Notes: a model not told the origin generated them from the sequence alone. A stretch of 64,000 nt of DNA from Callorhinchus milii (GCF_018977255.1 NW_024704743.1:13084001-13148000); one strand, 5' to 3'; counted from the first letter of the stretch, positions 1 through 12,578 are shown. Numbers and translations: made by a program.

Positions 1-185
1 AGAGAAGGACATTTCTTCCGGTGTCCTGACACCCAAATAAAATTGATCGTGGTAGTTTGTTGGACATTTGTGGTGCAAATGGCTGCCACGTTGACTTACA
101 GTCACTAAATTTGATAGAAATTACATATAAAGTGGCTTCAGATTTTTTATGTGATACAACTATATAATGTACAGGTTCTCTCTTT
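1..185 (+). mobile_element. Deu-domain SINE, degraded 3' fragment
   Basis: ttcttccggtgtcctgac resembles the end of the Deu domain, followed by caaatggctgccacg and an L2-like tail (tatataatgtaca); similar to the better copy at 11060-11422. Confidence 0.5.
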
Positions 186-3100
186 CACTAATAAGTATGC
201 ATGTCTGTATCACCAATTGACAACGTAAAGGAGCTTTAGGGCTGGTTAATAGAATCATAAACAAACTTACCTTCAAGCCTGAAGGCAGTATGTGCAGCAA
301 CAGCTTTCATTTATTATTGTGTATTTTAATGAGTCCCAAAATGATTGACAATTTCTGCTTGCATGACCCGATTTCCCTGGCAGAACACTCAATCGGCAGA
401 AATGATGAGCTCATTCCTGTACTTGTTAGAGTGCATTTCACGTGGCTGCAAATTTGCACCCAGCAATGTCCCACAACAACAACAAATAACATTTATATAA
501 GCCCCTTTTACGTCAGAAGGACTTCGCAAGTGAATGACGAATTTTATAAATGAACCATCCTGAGACCAACAGAGTTGTGGATAAACTTGCAAATTTTGAA
601 GGAGGAAAAAAAATCTCATTATTGATCTTGATTTACTGAATTGTTAGCACCAATAAGGATTGGAAAACAGGAATCATTTATTTTCCAACAAGTACTCCTA
701 CTTCAGCTCTGTAAAATAGCCAAATGAAAATATCGTTATGTTTTTCCTCAACAATTTGGCAGTGGCCATCTCAAAGCACCTTTAACTGATTCGCTTTCTT
801 CCCAAACCATGCTTTCCACCCCACAATTAAGTTCAACAATCTAAAGCTAATTTATGTAGAATCCTGAGTCAATGGGAAGCTTAGCGATTCGGATTTCACA
901 TGTCGATCCTCGCAGACAGCAGAGAGAGGATGAGGAACATGCATGTATACAAGTCTGTGGGTCACACCAGGCTGAAAAGAGACAGGCAGAGAAAGAGAAA
1001 AATGGGCAGACAGGTACAAAATGTAAAATACTGTCGAATGAAGGACAGGGTGAAATCAGAGTTACAAATTGTATTTTACTTTTACAAAGAGTTTGTATTT
1101 ACAATATTTATTTTAGTGGACTAGAAACAGTAATCCTAGTGTTTTAGGAGCTTTATTACTCCATTAGTGGTGGGGGTCAGTATCACAGTTTAAAATGCAC
1201 TGAATTGGCTGGAACAGAGACAGGAGTCTCCATAGCACTTTTAAGGGTTAAATAATACCCACCAAGAAACATTAATTTAAACGCAGCTCCTTCCAGGATT
1301 TTGTTAAGCTAAATCGGTAACTAACAAAAAGCTTACACCCAATTAGCATTTTGAACGTTGATACAAAGGTCGGACAGCTTCTCAAACACCAGCTCCCTTC
1401 ACTGAAGCTTCATGCCATTCCATTCCCAATGAAAGTGCAAACTTCAAAGATCCCTGTACCACCATGCCTAAAAGCTAATAGCTTTCAAAACAAGCTGTAC
1501 GTTGCTGCACTAAGTCAGGAAATCCTCCTAACTTGAGGGTTCCACGCATAAAATTACTCATTTACATGGAAATGGGATATTCTACCTCCTTAAAGAGATG
1601 TGAATTCAGCATCAAGTTGGAAGGGGTGAGAGAGAGAGATTATTATCTGCAAAGCAGCTGTTGCCCATTTCTGTCTTCAAAAAAAGTGTTAGGCACTTTT
1701 TTAAAAATAGTTTCACTAAAATATTTACATATTAATTAGAGGGTCTGGAAAATTCCAATGCCAAGTTGATTGAATCTCCACCCAACTGCTCTGAAATGTT
1801 GAAAGACCCTTTCCCCAACCACCAATGCCTCAAACAATGAGTGATAATAAGGAGCTGAAAGATGACCGCAATGGGCAAGTTACATTGTGCTTTTTCTCTC
1901 CTGGTCTGTGTTATGGGATTAGATGCGTTCATCTGGGCTATAAATCACCTTTACACAACCTCAACAGACTGCTGAAAAAAACATTTGAACTACTGCATTA
2001 TGGTGTATTGAAGTTGATCACCTTGTAGTTAAGGCAGCTTCAGAATAGTCAATGGAGAACTGGATGAACATGGTAAAATTGAACACTACAAAATGCAGCC
2101 AAATCACTCTTCATTTTAAAAGCCACACATCATTATAAAACATAAGAAATCACATCTTCATCGACAAAAATAAAAGGTGTATATCAAATGATAATTATTA
2201 TTCTAAACTGAAACCGATTCTACAAAAGAAAGTTCATCCATCTACAATGGTCTATGACAGCGTGGTCGAAATGGCAGTGTGTAGTGTGCAGGGGTGAAGT
2301 AAGGTTGATTCACCATCCTGCCACCCTAACTGTACTCATCAGTAATAGCTTTGCTGTTGGCAGTAAACCAGTAATGTGAGCTCACCATGAGCTTTTACTT
2401 GGTTTCCGGAATAGCTTTGGAGCCCGGCTATATTCTCCCCATACTGAGAGCGAATAGCAGAAACCTACTGCATTTTATCACCTCTTTAATCTCTCAAACA
2501 ATCACACATATGGATGCATCTATTTTGTAAGCTCATTCTTAAACATGAGAAAATAAGTTTAATAAAGGATAACTTCAATTTAAAGTCAAAAGGTTACTTT
2601 ACCATAATGGTTAGCCTTTCTCAATGTCCAACTGAAGAAGCTGCTTGGGTGAAAACTGCTGGTTTGTTTTTAGAGGTGGGTCACATCACTTACCCACTAT
2701 TCAGAACCCTGCCCAGGAAGTGCTTTTGCATAACTTTTGTGATTCAAATGTGACATTTGGCTTCAATAACAGAATTTCAAATTCATGAAATATTCCCCAA
2801 AAGCTTCCTGAGCAAAAAGATGAGGATTATAGAAATTTAAACCTAATAGGAATTCAAGTGTAAATAATGGTTCAAAACCTCAAGCAATTTTCTGATGCAG
2901 CTAATTTTCCTCTATAATATCATAGTGAATAAACAGAAATATCACAGTTAGATGACAAGTCATCTTTCTTTTCCATTCCTCAATTCTCCTCAAAGAAAAG
3001 GCTTGTGCTAAGATACAGTCCCAGATGCCTACTCAAATGTCCATTCTTTATTTCTGAGCCCAGATAGTAAGCATGAGCAAACTATTTGAACATAGTGGGC

Positions 3101-3299
3101 ATTGCAGTCAAGTGTAATTCTGTTCTCACACACATCCACATGAAACTTTCAAGTAGGACTCATTGGATGGCTATTGGGAGTACTGGATCTGGCTGATTTT
3201 TTTTGTTTCCCCCATCCCTAGTCAACGAACATGGAGGGTAATGTCATATCTTGCCTACAACCCCAGCTCCCTCAGCACAGACAGTAGGTAGATTATGGG

Positions 3300-3701
3300 A
3301 TTTTTCACTTTCACTCTTAAAATATAGGATTACTAAATTAGCTATTGGGATATCCATACTTGTATAAGAAAAATGAAAATGCAGTATTACACTGTGCACA
3401 TTCCCTCTCATAACACACACTATAATTATTGAATACAGGGCCCAAATATGGAAACCACATAAACATGCAATTAGCAATTTAAATCACTCAGTTGAAAGAT
3501 ATCAAGGGTTTACAAACCAATAAAATGGGGGAGGGAGAGAGGTTAAAGCTTAGCAAAAGTTTATAAATTATAATTCATAAGTATAAAGATGTCCAATGCA
3601 ATCAACCAAGTGTAATACTGCATTTTCATTTTTCTTATACAAGTATGGATATCCCAATAGCTCATTTAGTAATCCTATATTTAAGAGTGAAAGTGAAAAA
3701 T
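3300..3701. repeat. Inverted duplication, arms 3300-3393 and 3609-3701
   Basis: The arms are reverse complements apart from one substitution and one 1-bp indel; spacer about 215 bp. Confidence 0.95.
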
Positions 3702-3702
3702 A

Positions 3703-4023
3703 GGAGTCCTGTATCTCAGTGGTTAGAGCACTTGCTTTGCAAGCGAGAGACCTGAGTTCAATTCCAGTCAGGGCGAAACCTTGGGCAAGTTTCCTTACTC
3801 CACACGCCTAATAATAATCCCTCCAAAAACCAAAAACAATAATAAATTGGTCATTTTTAATCTACGACTGTTTGTGGGACATTGCTGTGCGCAATTGGCT
3901 GCCGCGTTCGCCCACAAATATACAGTCAATTCACTTTACAGTGTGTTCTGTGAAGCACTTTGGGACTTCCTCCCGACGTGAAAAGCGCTATATCAAAATG
4001 CAAAGATTATTATTATTATTATT
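3703..4023 (+). mobile_element. tRNA-derived SINE (family A), young short subfamily, full length
   Basis: Head GGAGTCCTGTATCTCAGTGGTTAGAGC (A box) and GAGTTCAATTCC (B box), L2-like tail ...cccgacgtgaaaagcgctatatcaaaatgcaa, (TTA)n end; near-identical to 28369, 40722 and 43568. Confidence 0.92.
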
Positions 4024-4167
4024 AAGATAATACATTTAAGAAAAGGGTGGCTGATGCACCTAACCCTTATTCCACACTATTAATAAAAAGTGATAAGTAG
4101 CTATACTGATACTGTTACAAAAAATGTCGCAGTCACTACATATTAAAATGCAAAACCCTCAACTCAC

Positions 4168-4277
4168 TTGTCTTCATCGACAGTTTCCTTAATTACTAAT
4201 TCAAGTGGGAAGAGGTAAAAGCAAGCACCCGTGTACACACTGTGCAGGACAAATATACTGAGCATATGTTTCCGCAT
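4168..4277 (-). other. Candidate small coding or first exon (MRKHMLSIFVLHSVYTGACFYLFPLELVIKETVDED, phase 2)
   Basis: ATG at 4277, open frame to donor CAA|GTGAGT at 4167, in non-repetitive sequence; product not recognised. Confidence 0.2.
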
Positions 4278-4699
4278 TTCTATTTGGAATTCTCATCCAG
4301 CTGTGCAGAGTCTGGATAGAGATGAGGGGGCGAGCACTGCGTGGGAGAAAACCATAGCAAACTGCCTCATACAGCTCCTTAATGCATTTGGAAATGAACA
4401 ATTAAGCCTGCAGGGAGCTTGCTTCTGCAAATGATGTGCCAAACTGCGTCAAGAGTCTCGAGGGAACACAGAACGTAAACTAGCAAAGGATTTCTTTCCT
4501 TTACTGTTTTTTTTAGAAGAAAGGAAACATAACCCTGCCAGACAGCCCATTATATGAAGATTGCGTTTATTACAGCAACAGTAGTCTTTCTGAACATGAA
4601 CATTGCTACAGGCAGCAGCAAAGATTTGCCACCATCATCATTATCATATTCATCAAGACACAGAAAGCTTCCAGTTCAGTAATAATGCTTGATGGTCAT

Positions 4700-4915
4700 G
4701 ACGAGCCAATAGAGAAGTGTGACTGCACTTTTTCCATGGAATCTATTACAAGCGCTCTCTCCATTCCAAACACCTCTCCCTCTGCACCCCCCCACTACAA
4801 ACCTGTACACAGTGTGCTAGGCCTAGGGCCTCTGCGCACTGTTTGCTCCGGTTGCGCATGCGTGGGAGTGTTGGGATCGCTGAAGTGATGTGAGCGGGAA
4901 ATCGGCTTCACCCGT
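4700..4915. repeat. Unclassified GC-rich interspersed repeat (family B), copy 1
   Basis: Reverse complement of 37260-37545 (shared gcgatcccaacactccc, cctagc.cactgtgtacaggt, ggaaaa.gtg). Confidence 0.75.
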
Positions 4916-5061
4916 GAAACTACTCATTACTTTATGGGGGGAGCAAAGAACAATCAAGAAGAAAATATATAAATACTTTCCCATACAGAATTAACCAAAT
5001 ATGCGTAGTGTATTACACAGGATTTATTTATGTCCCACTCCCAATCTCTAATTATATTAGT

Positions 5062-5365
5062 AATTTAGGCTCCGTCTACCTTGATACGGGTGGACGTAAA
5101 AAGACCATCCTGCGGTCACTACTTCAAAGCAACATGGAGTCTTTCTCCTGGTTATCGTGATTTACATTCCCCTTCAAATCCAAATTGATTCCCAAGTTCA
5201 AATAAATTGGCTGATTATCAATTTTTTATTCATGGCATATTGCTGGTGCTGATTTTCTGCTACCTTTGCTCAAAATATTCACTTAATTTCTGATCAATAT
5301 TTTATACAGCGCTTTGAGAAGTTTATTTTGACGTAAAATGTGTTATATAAATATGAGTTCTTGTT
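5062..5365 (+). mobile_element. Deu-domain SINE fragment
   Basis: ggctccgtctacc...ggtggacgtaaaaagacc...ttctcctgg matches the Deu domain; tail gcgctttgaga...ttatataaat. Confidence 0.7.
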
Positions 5366-5599
5366 ACTGATTTATAATGCAGTTAAGGTGCAATAAATAT
5401 ATCAAGCATTTGATAACAATTACTTTTAAAAATCACATTACAATAACCATTGATCAGATGACACTTTCGTTTTAAGGAGGTTGTTATTCGAATATTGTCC
5501 TCAGTATTTTATTGATGATACTTAATCTGCAGAACACAAAACAGGAATTCAGTGGAACCCTTAAGAGTTCCATTAGACAAATGACAGCGTCATGAGGTC

Positions 5600-5865
5600 T
5601 ATCTTGCCTTATAGCACCTTATCACATTGTCAAAATGTTTCAAGCACTTCACAAGATTTATGTAAAGTTTCATGACTATTTCTAGTGAATTCAACTGCCA
5701 ATTTGTGCCCACAAACAGCCATGAAGTGAATGACCAATTTTATCTGGGCGATTTTTGGTCAAAGAAGCGGAAGACACTCCCTTCTTTCTGAGGAGTGCCT
5801 TGGTATCTTTAACATCCACCTGTAGAAAAGGTAGATGGGATCTCGGTTTAACGTCTCATTCAAAA
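5600..5865 (-). mobile_element. Deu-domain SINE fragment
   Basis: Minus strand reads gagacgttaaaccgagatcccatctacc...caggtggatgttaaagatacc, the Deu core. Confidence 0.75.
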
Positions 5866-6129
5866 GTAAACAGGAAACCTTCCATGGAATTGGTAATATT
5901 TCACTAAAATAGAATGCAGGGTTTGTTGGGAGCATGTCTGAGCAATTCAAAGTCACAAACATAAACATAGATTAGTTTTGAGAATTTAAATTTGCTCGTT
6001 CTCTTAGTTCCAGCAGGCAGATTGACCGCCTAGGAAAAAAAACATGACATTTAGTTCAATGATAATCCTGAAATATTCGCACTTCATTTGCTGCAGCAGT
6101 AGTTTGTGGACCAAAGCATAAACAACTAC

Positions 6130-6305
6130 AGATTGTGGTCTAAGAGATAACGTACAGAGGGTGGGGGTAGAGAGGCTGAAGGCTCGACTGTCGATGTTGT
6201 GGTGGGCCAGGCAGGGGAGATGGAGCGGGCCAGAGCCTGCTGAGCGGGGCAACAGACAGGTTGATAAGGGGTTAGCAGGTCGGAGAGGTAGGAAGGGGAC
6301 AAGAC
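6130..6305 (-). mobile_element. L2 LINE ORF2 3' fragment
   Basis: Minus-strand peptides LSPSYLSDLLTPYQP, RSAGSG and RAFSLSTPTL are typical of the L2 C-terminus. Confidence 0.75.
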
Positions 6306-6409
6306 CATGCTACTAATGCTCTTTATATTTATCAACCATTTACAAACCAGCAGCAAATTTCAAAAAATTTAACGAAGTACTTTCCTTTAATTCGTTTACA
6401 AACATCAAG

Positions 6410-6830
6410 GACAGAGAGCTGACTCTTTGCTGGCCGCTGGCCCCCAGACAAGGCTTTTTTCCATTTATCATCCCCTTCTATATCTTATTGCAAAGCCAAT
6501 TTTCAGTCAAACTAGATAATCTATCATTAAATCCATGAGCTTCAACTTTCTTTAACGGTTCCATATGTGAGATCAAATGCCTCCTGAACATCCAAGTAAA
6601 TTATTTCCACTGCATCCACTAGTTTAGTAACATCCTGAAAGAATTCCAGTAGATTTGTGAAGCTTTACCTATTGCTTTGAAATCTCTAGCCTCTATGCTC
6701 ATCCTATAAGATGCTCTCAAGCCTATTCCTGACTGGATATGTGAGGCTGAACCAGTCTAGAAATTTAACTCAGCTCTCCCTTTTTTGATATAATGGGAAT
6801 AAATGTGTAATATTCTACAGTTCGCAGGTA
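6410..6830 (-). mobile_element. CR1 LINE RT fragment, degraded
   Basis: Minus strand atttacttggatgttcaggaggcatttgat encodes IYLDVQEAFD, the CR1 YLDF.KAFD motif. Confidence 0.6.
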
Positions 6831-6849
6831 CAGCTCTAGTGTTAATGCC

Positions 6850-6960
6850 ACAAAATATATAGTTAATTCACTTTACAGTATATTCTGTGAAGCGCTTTGA
6901 GACATCTCGATAACGTGATAAGGCGCTATATCAAATCCAAGGATTGCTATTATTATTACT
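6850..6960 (+). mobile_element. SINE family A 3' tail
   Basis: aattcactttacagtatattctgtgaagcgctttgagac...cgtgataaggcgctatatcaaat. Confidence 0.85.
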
Positions 6961-7489
6961 ACTCTAACCTGACCATTTTGATACCAATCATATTACTGTA
7001 CTCATTCAAAACTGCTGGGTTGGTTCTATTGGATCCATGAAACAGCCTGTAGAGCCCAATTTGTTCTCGTTTTTCAGAGCAAACATTTTATGTACAATGT
7101 TAGGGCACCTTTACATTTGTATTTAAATATGACACATCCTGAACTAATTGACCAAACTGTGTTTAGTTTAAAAATTCTTTCAAATATTGTACTTGACTAG
7201 TACATGTTATGATTTTAACATTATATTACCATATTTTTTAAGGTTATGTACTATGCAGCATAACTTGAATCTAAATCTCTAAACATTCACTATGCCTATG
7301 TATACAATTAAGGCAGCTAAATCAGTGCCTGCAACATCCCACAATGAGTAATGAGATGAATATCTACATTTAATATCCATTTTTGCGATCAAGGAATATT
7401 AAAAAAAAAGCAAATGTACACAAGGAAGAATATTGACCCAGCTTCTGCCAGCTCTCCACTGGAGTTGCCTACTCTAATTCCATTTTCAG

Positions 7490-7670
7490 GTGTCTGAAGC
7501 ATGCAGAAATCCATCACCATGTTTAAGAGTATCCAAACCAAGTTGAGGATTCTATGCATCCCACCTACACATTGGAAATCCCAGAGAAAGATTGTGGGAA
7601 TGGAATGCGCACTCTCTCCCCAGAGGGACGCATTTTGCTTACCTAATTCTGGAAAGTATTAGGCGCACAG
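7490..7670. repeat. Unclassified interspersed repeat (family D), copy 1; homology may extend to about 7930
   Basis: Reverse complement of 21030-21210 (atgcatcccacct, ggaatggaatgc, gcttacctaat, gtattaggc). Confidence 0.8.
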
Positions 7671-10039
7671 AGGGTTGGCTTGATTCTGATAATCCATTGC
7701 CAAACATGACACCTTGAAACTAGTTCAGCTCCAAGGAGACACCACTTGTCTTCTCTCCTCCACCCCCCTCCCCCAGGAGGATAGTCACTAGTTCATCGAT
7801 TGACATCCAACAGGCGTGAGCTTGAGCCCTCACTAGGTGGATGGTTTGGGGCTTTCTTTGTTAAAAAATTGGTAGGTTGGTTGGTAGGTTGGTACCAGGA
7901 ACTCCCTGCAAGCTTCCTGGTGGGTAACACAGCTCAGCATGAAATGCATCTTCCTGTCCAAAACTTGGGCACTTATCCTTTCCCATTGAGCAACTCTAAT
8001 TTAATTCACCTGTTCTTTCCTGATAACTATTAATATTATTTTTTCTTCAAGTATTTAATCTCCTTTTATTGTGTTATGCTGTTATAGTTCCAACTTCTAC
8101 AGCCATTGGTGCTAATTTGCACCATACACCACCAACCCTTTGTGTAATTTAAATTTCAATTGAATTCAAGTGCTCTGAGATGCTGAGATTAGATGGTAAA
8201 GCGTGTTATATAAATGCAAGTTGTTGTTGTTGAATTTTACACAAACTCCCCAATAGTGAGGAATAAAAACAAATCTATTTTTATAGATTGCAGAAACTGT
8301 ATCACAAAACGCAAACTGCCCACAAAAGCTACAATATGATTCCAATGAGCAGAGCTGTTCAACATTAACACCAATGTCTGCCATCAATACAGTAATGTCA
8401 TCAAAATATGTTTTCCAATACAATGCACCAAACATTTAAACATTGCAACAAATAGATAAGCTATTTAAATGAAGTCCCAGTTTCTTGATGGATTTATAGC
8501 AGATAAATGTATTCAATACCTGTATTTTCACATGCTAAAGTCAATATATTTCAAATTACCACCTAATCACACTACATTCAGGAAATCGATAAACAAATAG
8601 CATTACCACTTCATGTTCCTTATCTGATTGCAGGAATCACTGTTGTTACTAACGTCACAACAAACAAGGAAGCTTTTGTTTTGGGGGTTATTTTTATATG
8701 CGCCACCCATGTATGCAAACGCCAGATGGTAATTTTACTAAACCAAAAAAAGGCTACATTGATTACAATGCAGATGATAATGAAGGGGATAAATAGTGAA
8801 TGAGGAAACTCTCTCTCATGACAATAAGAAAACAATTACAATGATTAACTCCTGTAATTAAACAACTCAGTACTAGTGTAAGAAGATAATTACAAGCAAC
8901 AATACATTAAAACCTGAATCAACGAATGCACCTTGTAATATTTCTACTTACAGTATTCTTGAATGCAATTGTAATGTAATGGGCCGAAGGGCTTTCTTCA
9001 TCTGAGCCTGTTATGTGATTTGTTATTATATTAACTATACACAAAGGCATGCACACAAGGTACACATCTCCAAAGCAAATGTAACTTTTTAATTGTAATG
9101 CTCAAGAATGAAAAAGGTCATAACTGGTTGAGAATCCTCAGGTTAGAGTGGAAAATCTGCAAATAAAATGCTCCAGCCTCCCACCTTCCCTATCGTGTAC
9201 AAAGGCTCCACTCCTGCAACAATATTGTTTGAATTGTTTGAATTGTTTGAATCATTCTTACCCTAGGAATACAAATGGACTACCCAGTACACTTAAGAAA
9301 ATTGCTCTCAGGAGAGTGGATTTTTATGGACATTATTTGAGTGATTCCAACCCAGACATCCAGAAGACTCAGCCAACATATTTCTCATACGTTATTATTG
9401 AACAATGCGACTACAATCAAAGAAAACCTGAATTTGTGAACAGAGTAACTCAAGTATGCTTTTGAACACTTATGACAACCTGTCCAAAAGACTTACTGCG
9501 TGATCAGTACAATTCCATCAGCTCTAAGCGTCAGACTCTTAAGCAAGATTTTCTGCTGTTGCTCTCGTACAACAATTATTTTTTTTTCCCTGAATGCAGT
9601 GCTCATTGAAGGAGCTGGAGGAGAAATTAAATATTCTTAGAAGTAGTTGTCTGTTGTAGTGCCATTGACAGAGGGAAGCCATTTCAACAGCCTGGCTGTC
9701 AAATTAAACAGTATAACATAGAGGCAGAAAATTACTACTGCAAGATGATTCCTGCATGTAGTTAACAATATAATAATACTTGCATTTGATACAGCGTTTT
9801 ATCACGTCTTTGCGTACTTCACAGAATATACTGTAAAGTGAATTGACTTTAATTTAGTTTAATGTCACTGCATATCAATCATATCAGGGAGGGATGAGGA
9901 ATCAAATGGAATGATAAAATAAAATAAGTGAATTAAGTATAGTGTTTTGATCACAAACTGGTAAGACTGGATAGATAATATACTCCTGTCTCGCTCATTC
10001 AGGTTCAACACAAGTCTGAGAGAAGCTGATCAAACCATA

Positions 10040-10345
10040 TCAACCTATACGCTCCCTCCACTCAGTGGCCCCCACCCGACCCCACCATCGCTGGTCAGGC
10101 CTTCATCCCTTCTGGCCCCACCCTATGGAACTCCATCCCACATTCCCTTCGTCTCGCTCCCTCTCTTGCCTCCTACAAGGCACGTCTCAAAACCCTCCTC
10201 TTCGACAGCGCCTTCGGCCAAACTCCTACCCTTCCTGCCCTCCACCCGATCACAATCCCCAACTCGGGTCCAAATCCCTGACTGTCCAGCGGCTTGGAAC
10301 GTCCTCCCGACGTGAAAGGCGTTATACAAATGTAATTTTGCATTT
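10040..10345 (+). mobile_element. L2 LINE 3' end
   Basis: ctatggaactcc, ctcaaaaccctcctcttcgac and tail cgtcctcccgacgtgaaaggcgttatacaaatgtaattttg, shared with other L2 copies. Confidence 0.85.
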
Positions 10346-10979
10346 TATTGTATCCTGATAGCGTGAATTCTCTCCTTCTTTCCATCACCTTCCATACATT
10401 TTTGTTAAAATAAAGTGATCCTCAACAATAAGATTTTTTTTATTATTTGGAGATGAGGGGTCAGAACCCTATAAGATAAATCTGTTAAGTAAACAAATTT
10501 ATACAGTCAATTCACTTTACAGTATATTCTCTGAAGCGCTTTAAGACGTCAAATTCAAGTATTATTATTATAAGTATCACATCCATGGAGAACAACATCA
10601 TTACTTAGCTCTTTATAAATACTAATCTGAAGACTACTGACTTAAATGAACAGCATAAATATATTATTATTATACAACATAAATTCCATTATTTCAAGTG
10701 ACATTATATTATCAAGATAAACATCTGTTTCTTCCTGCTTTCCAAGTGTATTTTTATGTCGCAGTCTACGCCAATCTCCCATTCCGTTGGGAAACACATT
10801 TATTATAGCAGTTAATTCTATAGAACAATGTTCAACATTGAAACTTTTGGTATCCAGGCAATTCACATGTTACACCTTAGACCTCTTGTATCCATGCACT
10901 GAGAATTCATCATGATTTTTAAAAAAATTACTTTTAAGAATGATAATTTTATTAGAGGTAATTTTACTTCAGAACAGAC

Positions 10980-11054
10980 TGAAGGGTGCTGTGGTGCATG
11001 TGGGGATCCTTCTATTTAATAGGAGGATCCCCACATGCACCACAGCACCTTTCA
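10980..11054 (+). repeat. Fold-back palindrome or hairpin, 35-bp stem
   Basis: tgaagggtgctgtggtgcatgtggggatccttcta-tttaa-taggaggatccccacatgcaccacagcacctttca; only two non-Watson-Crick pairs, both G:U on the + strand. Confidence 0.95.
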
Positions 11055-11059
11055 ATTCA

Positions 11060-11422
11060 GAAGGGCTTTCAGAATTTACTGTAAAGTGGAGTGATGTTAT
11101 TTGTAGGTAAACAAAGCTGCCAATTTCGCAGAGTAATGTCTAACAAACAGCCGTAAAACAAATGATCAGTATTATTTGAAGGATTGTTGCTCAGGACACC
11201 AGGAGAAATTCCCTTCTCTTTACGAAGAGTGCGTTGGGATCTTTAACGTCCACTTGGAACAGGTAGATGGGGCTTCGGTTTAATGAAGAACGGAACTTGC
11301 AGCAATGAAGCAATGCATTGGAGTGTCAGCTTAGACTATGTGAGCTCAAGTCCCGACATGGGACGTGAACCCACAACCTTCTGACTCAGAGGCGAGAGTG
11401 CTACCAACTGGGCCAGACTGAC
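11060..11422 (-). mobile_element. Deu-domain SINE (SacSINE1/LmeSINE1-like), near full length
   Basis: Minus strand: tRNA-like head cagttggtagcactctcgcctctgagtcagaaggttgtgggttc, gctgacactcc, Deu core ttaaaccgaagccccatctacc...gtggacgttaaagatccc...ttctcctggtgtcctg. Confidence 0.85.
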
Positions 11423-11609
11423 CCAAAATTATGCTGCATCAGTGTCCAAATTTAGTACCTAATATCAGCAATTTCTGTGCATTTTCCTATACCACAAATC
11501 AGAGGATAGAGAGGGGAAAATGGGAGGTGGGGTAGCTTCATTGGTAAGAGACTCACACTGGAAAGGAAATATAAATAATGAGGAGATAAGAGACAGAATC
11601 CATCTGGCT

Positions 11610-12578
11610 ACAGATAAAGGAAAAAAATAATGGACGAGCCACAGTATTGAAGGTGTATTACAGACCACCAACAGCAGATATTATATTATAAAAGTAGAAG
11701 AAATATGCAGGCAGATAAGGGAGATGAGCAAAATCACATAAATATTATGGGGATTTCAATTATCACCAGATAGATTAGCAGAGAGAAAGAGTGGGAGGTG
11801 AGAAGGGGACAGAGTTTCGGGAATATGTGGAGTACTTTTCTGTCCAAATATGTAGAAGCTTTAACAAGAGAACCTTATTATAGAAAAGGAGTACACAAGA
11901 CAAGAACCCAGGTCCTTGAATGGAAAAAAGCCAATTATAATGGTATGAGGAATGAAATGGCTGAGTTAGACTGGAGGGAAAAAGTGGCAAACAACAATGG
12001 AAAATTTCTAAGCATGAGGCATGAGAAATGTACTACATTAAGAAATAAGAGAAAAATAACTAATAATTAGATGTCATGGATGATTAAAGAGTTGAAGGCA
12101 AAACTACAGCTAAGGAGAAAAGCATTTGAAAAGCACAGTAGAGATAAGAGTGAGGAAAACAAATACGTTAAAAAGAGGATTAGAAAGGCAAAGAGGAACG
12201 TGAGAACTATAAAAAGAAATAGCAAGCTGTTTTACAGACATGTTAGCAATAAAAGTATGGGCAAAGTAAGGAAATGTCCTTTAAGGAGAGCAGATCACAG
12301 CAGATAATAAGGAAATAGAGAAAATACTTTGCCTCAATTTTCACAAAGGAAACTGATAAGGAAAATTTAGTATGAACAGATGGGGCAGCGTATAAAATCA
12401 CACAGTAAGATAGGGAGAAGGGAGATATCAAATAAATTACACAGGCTTAAAGAGGACAAGGCACCTGGCCCAGATGGACTGCGCCCAAGGATTCTTAGGA
12501 AAACTAGGAAGGAGATAGTTGAGGCTCGAGTGTATAAATTTGAGAACTCTGCAGAGAAAGGAATTGTGACAGAGGACT
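11610..12578 (+). mobile_element. CR1 LINE ORF2, 5' part (endonuclease end and linker), degraded
   Basis: IIMGDFNY motif near 11742, WKKANYNGMR, NSKLFYRHV and LKEDKAPGPDGLRPRILR. Confidence 0.9.

Noticed and set aside
3703..3780. tRNA-Ala(TGC)-like genes at the SINE heads (also 28369, 40722)
   Set aside because: There is no proper acceptor stem and they continue into the SINE body and tail; they are SINE heads
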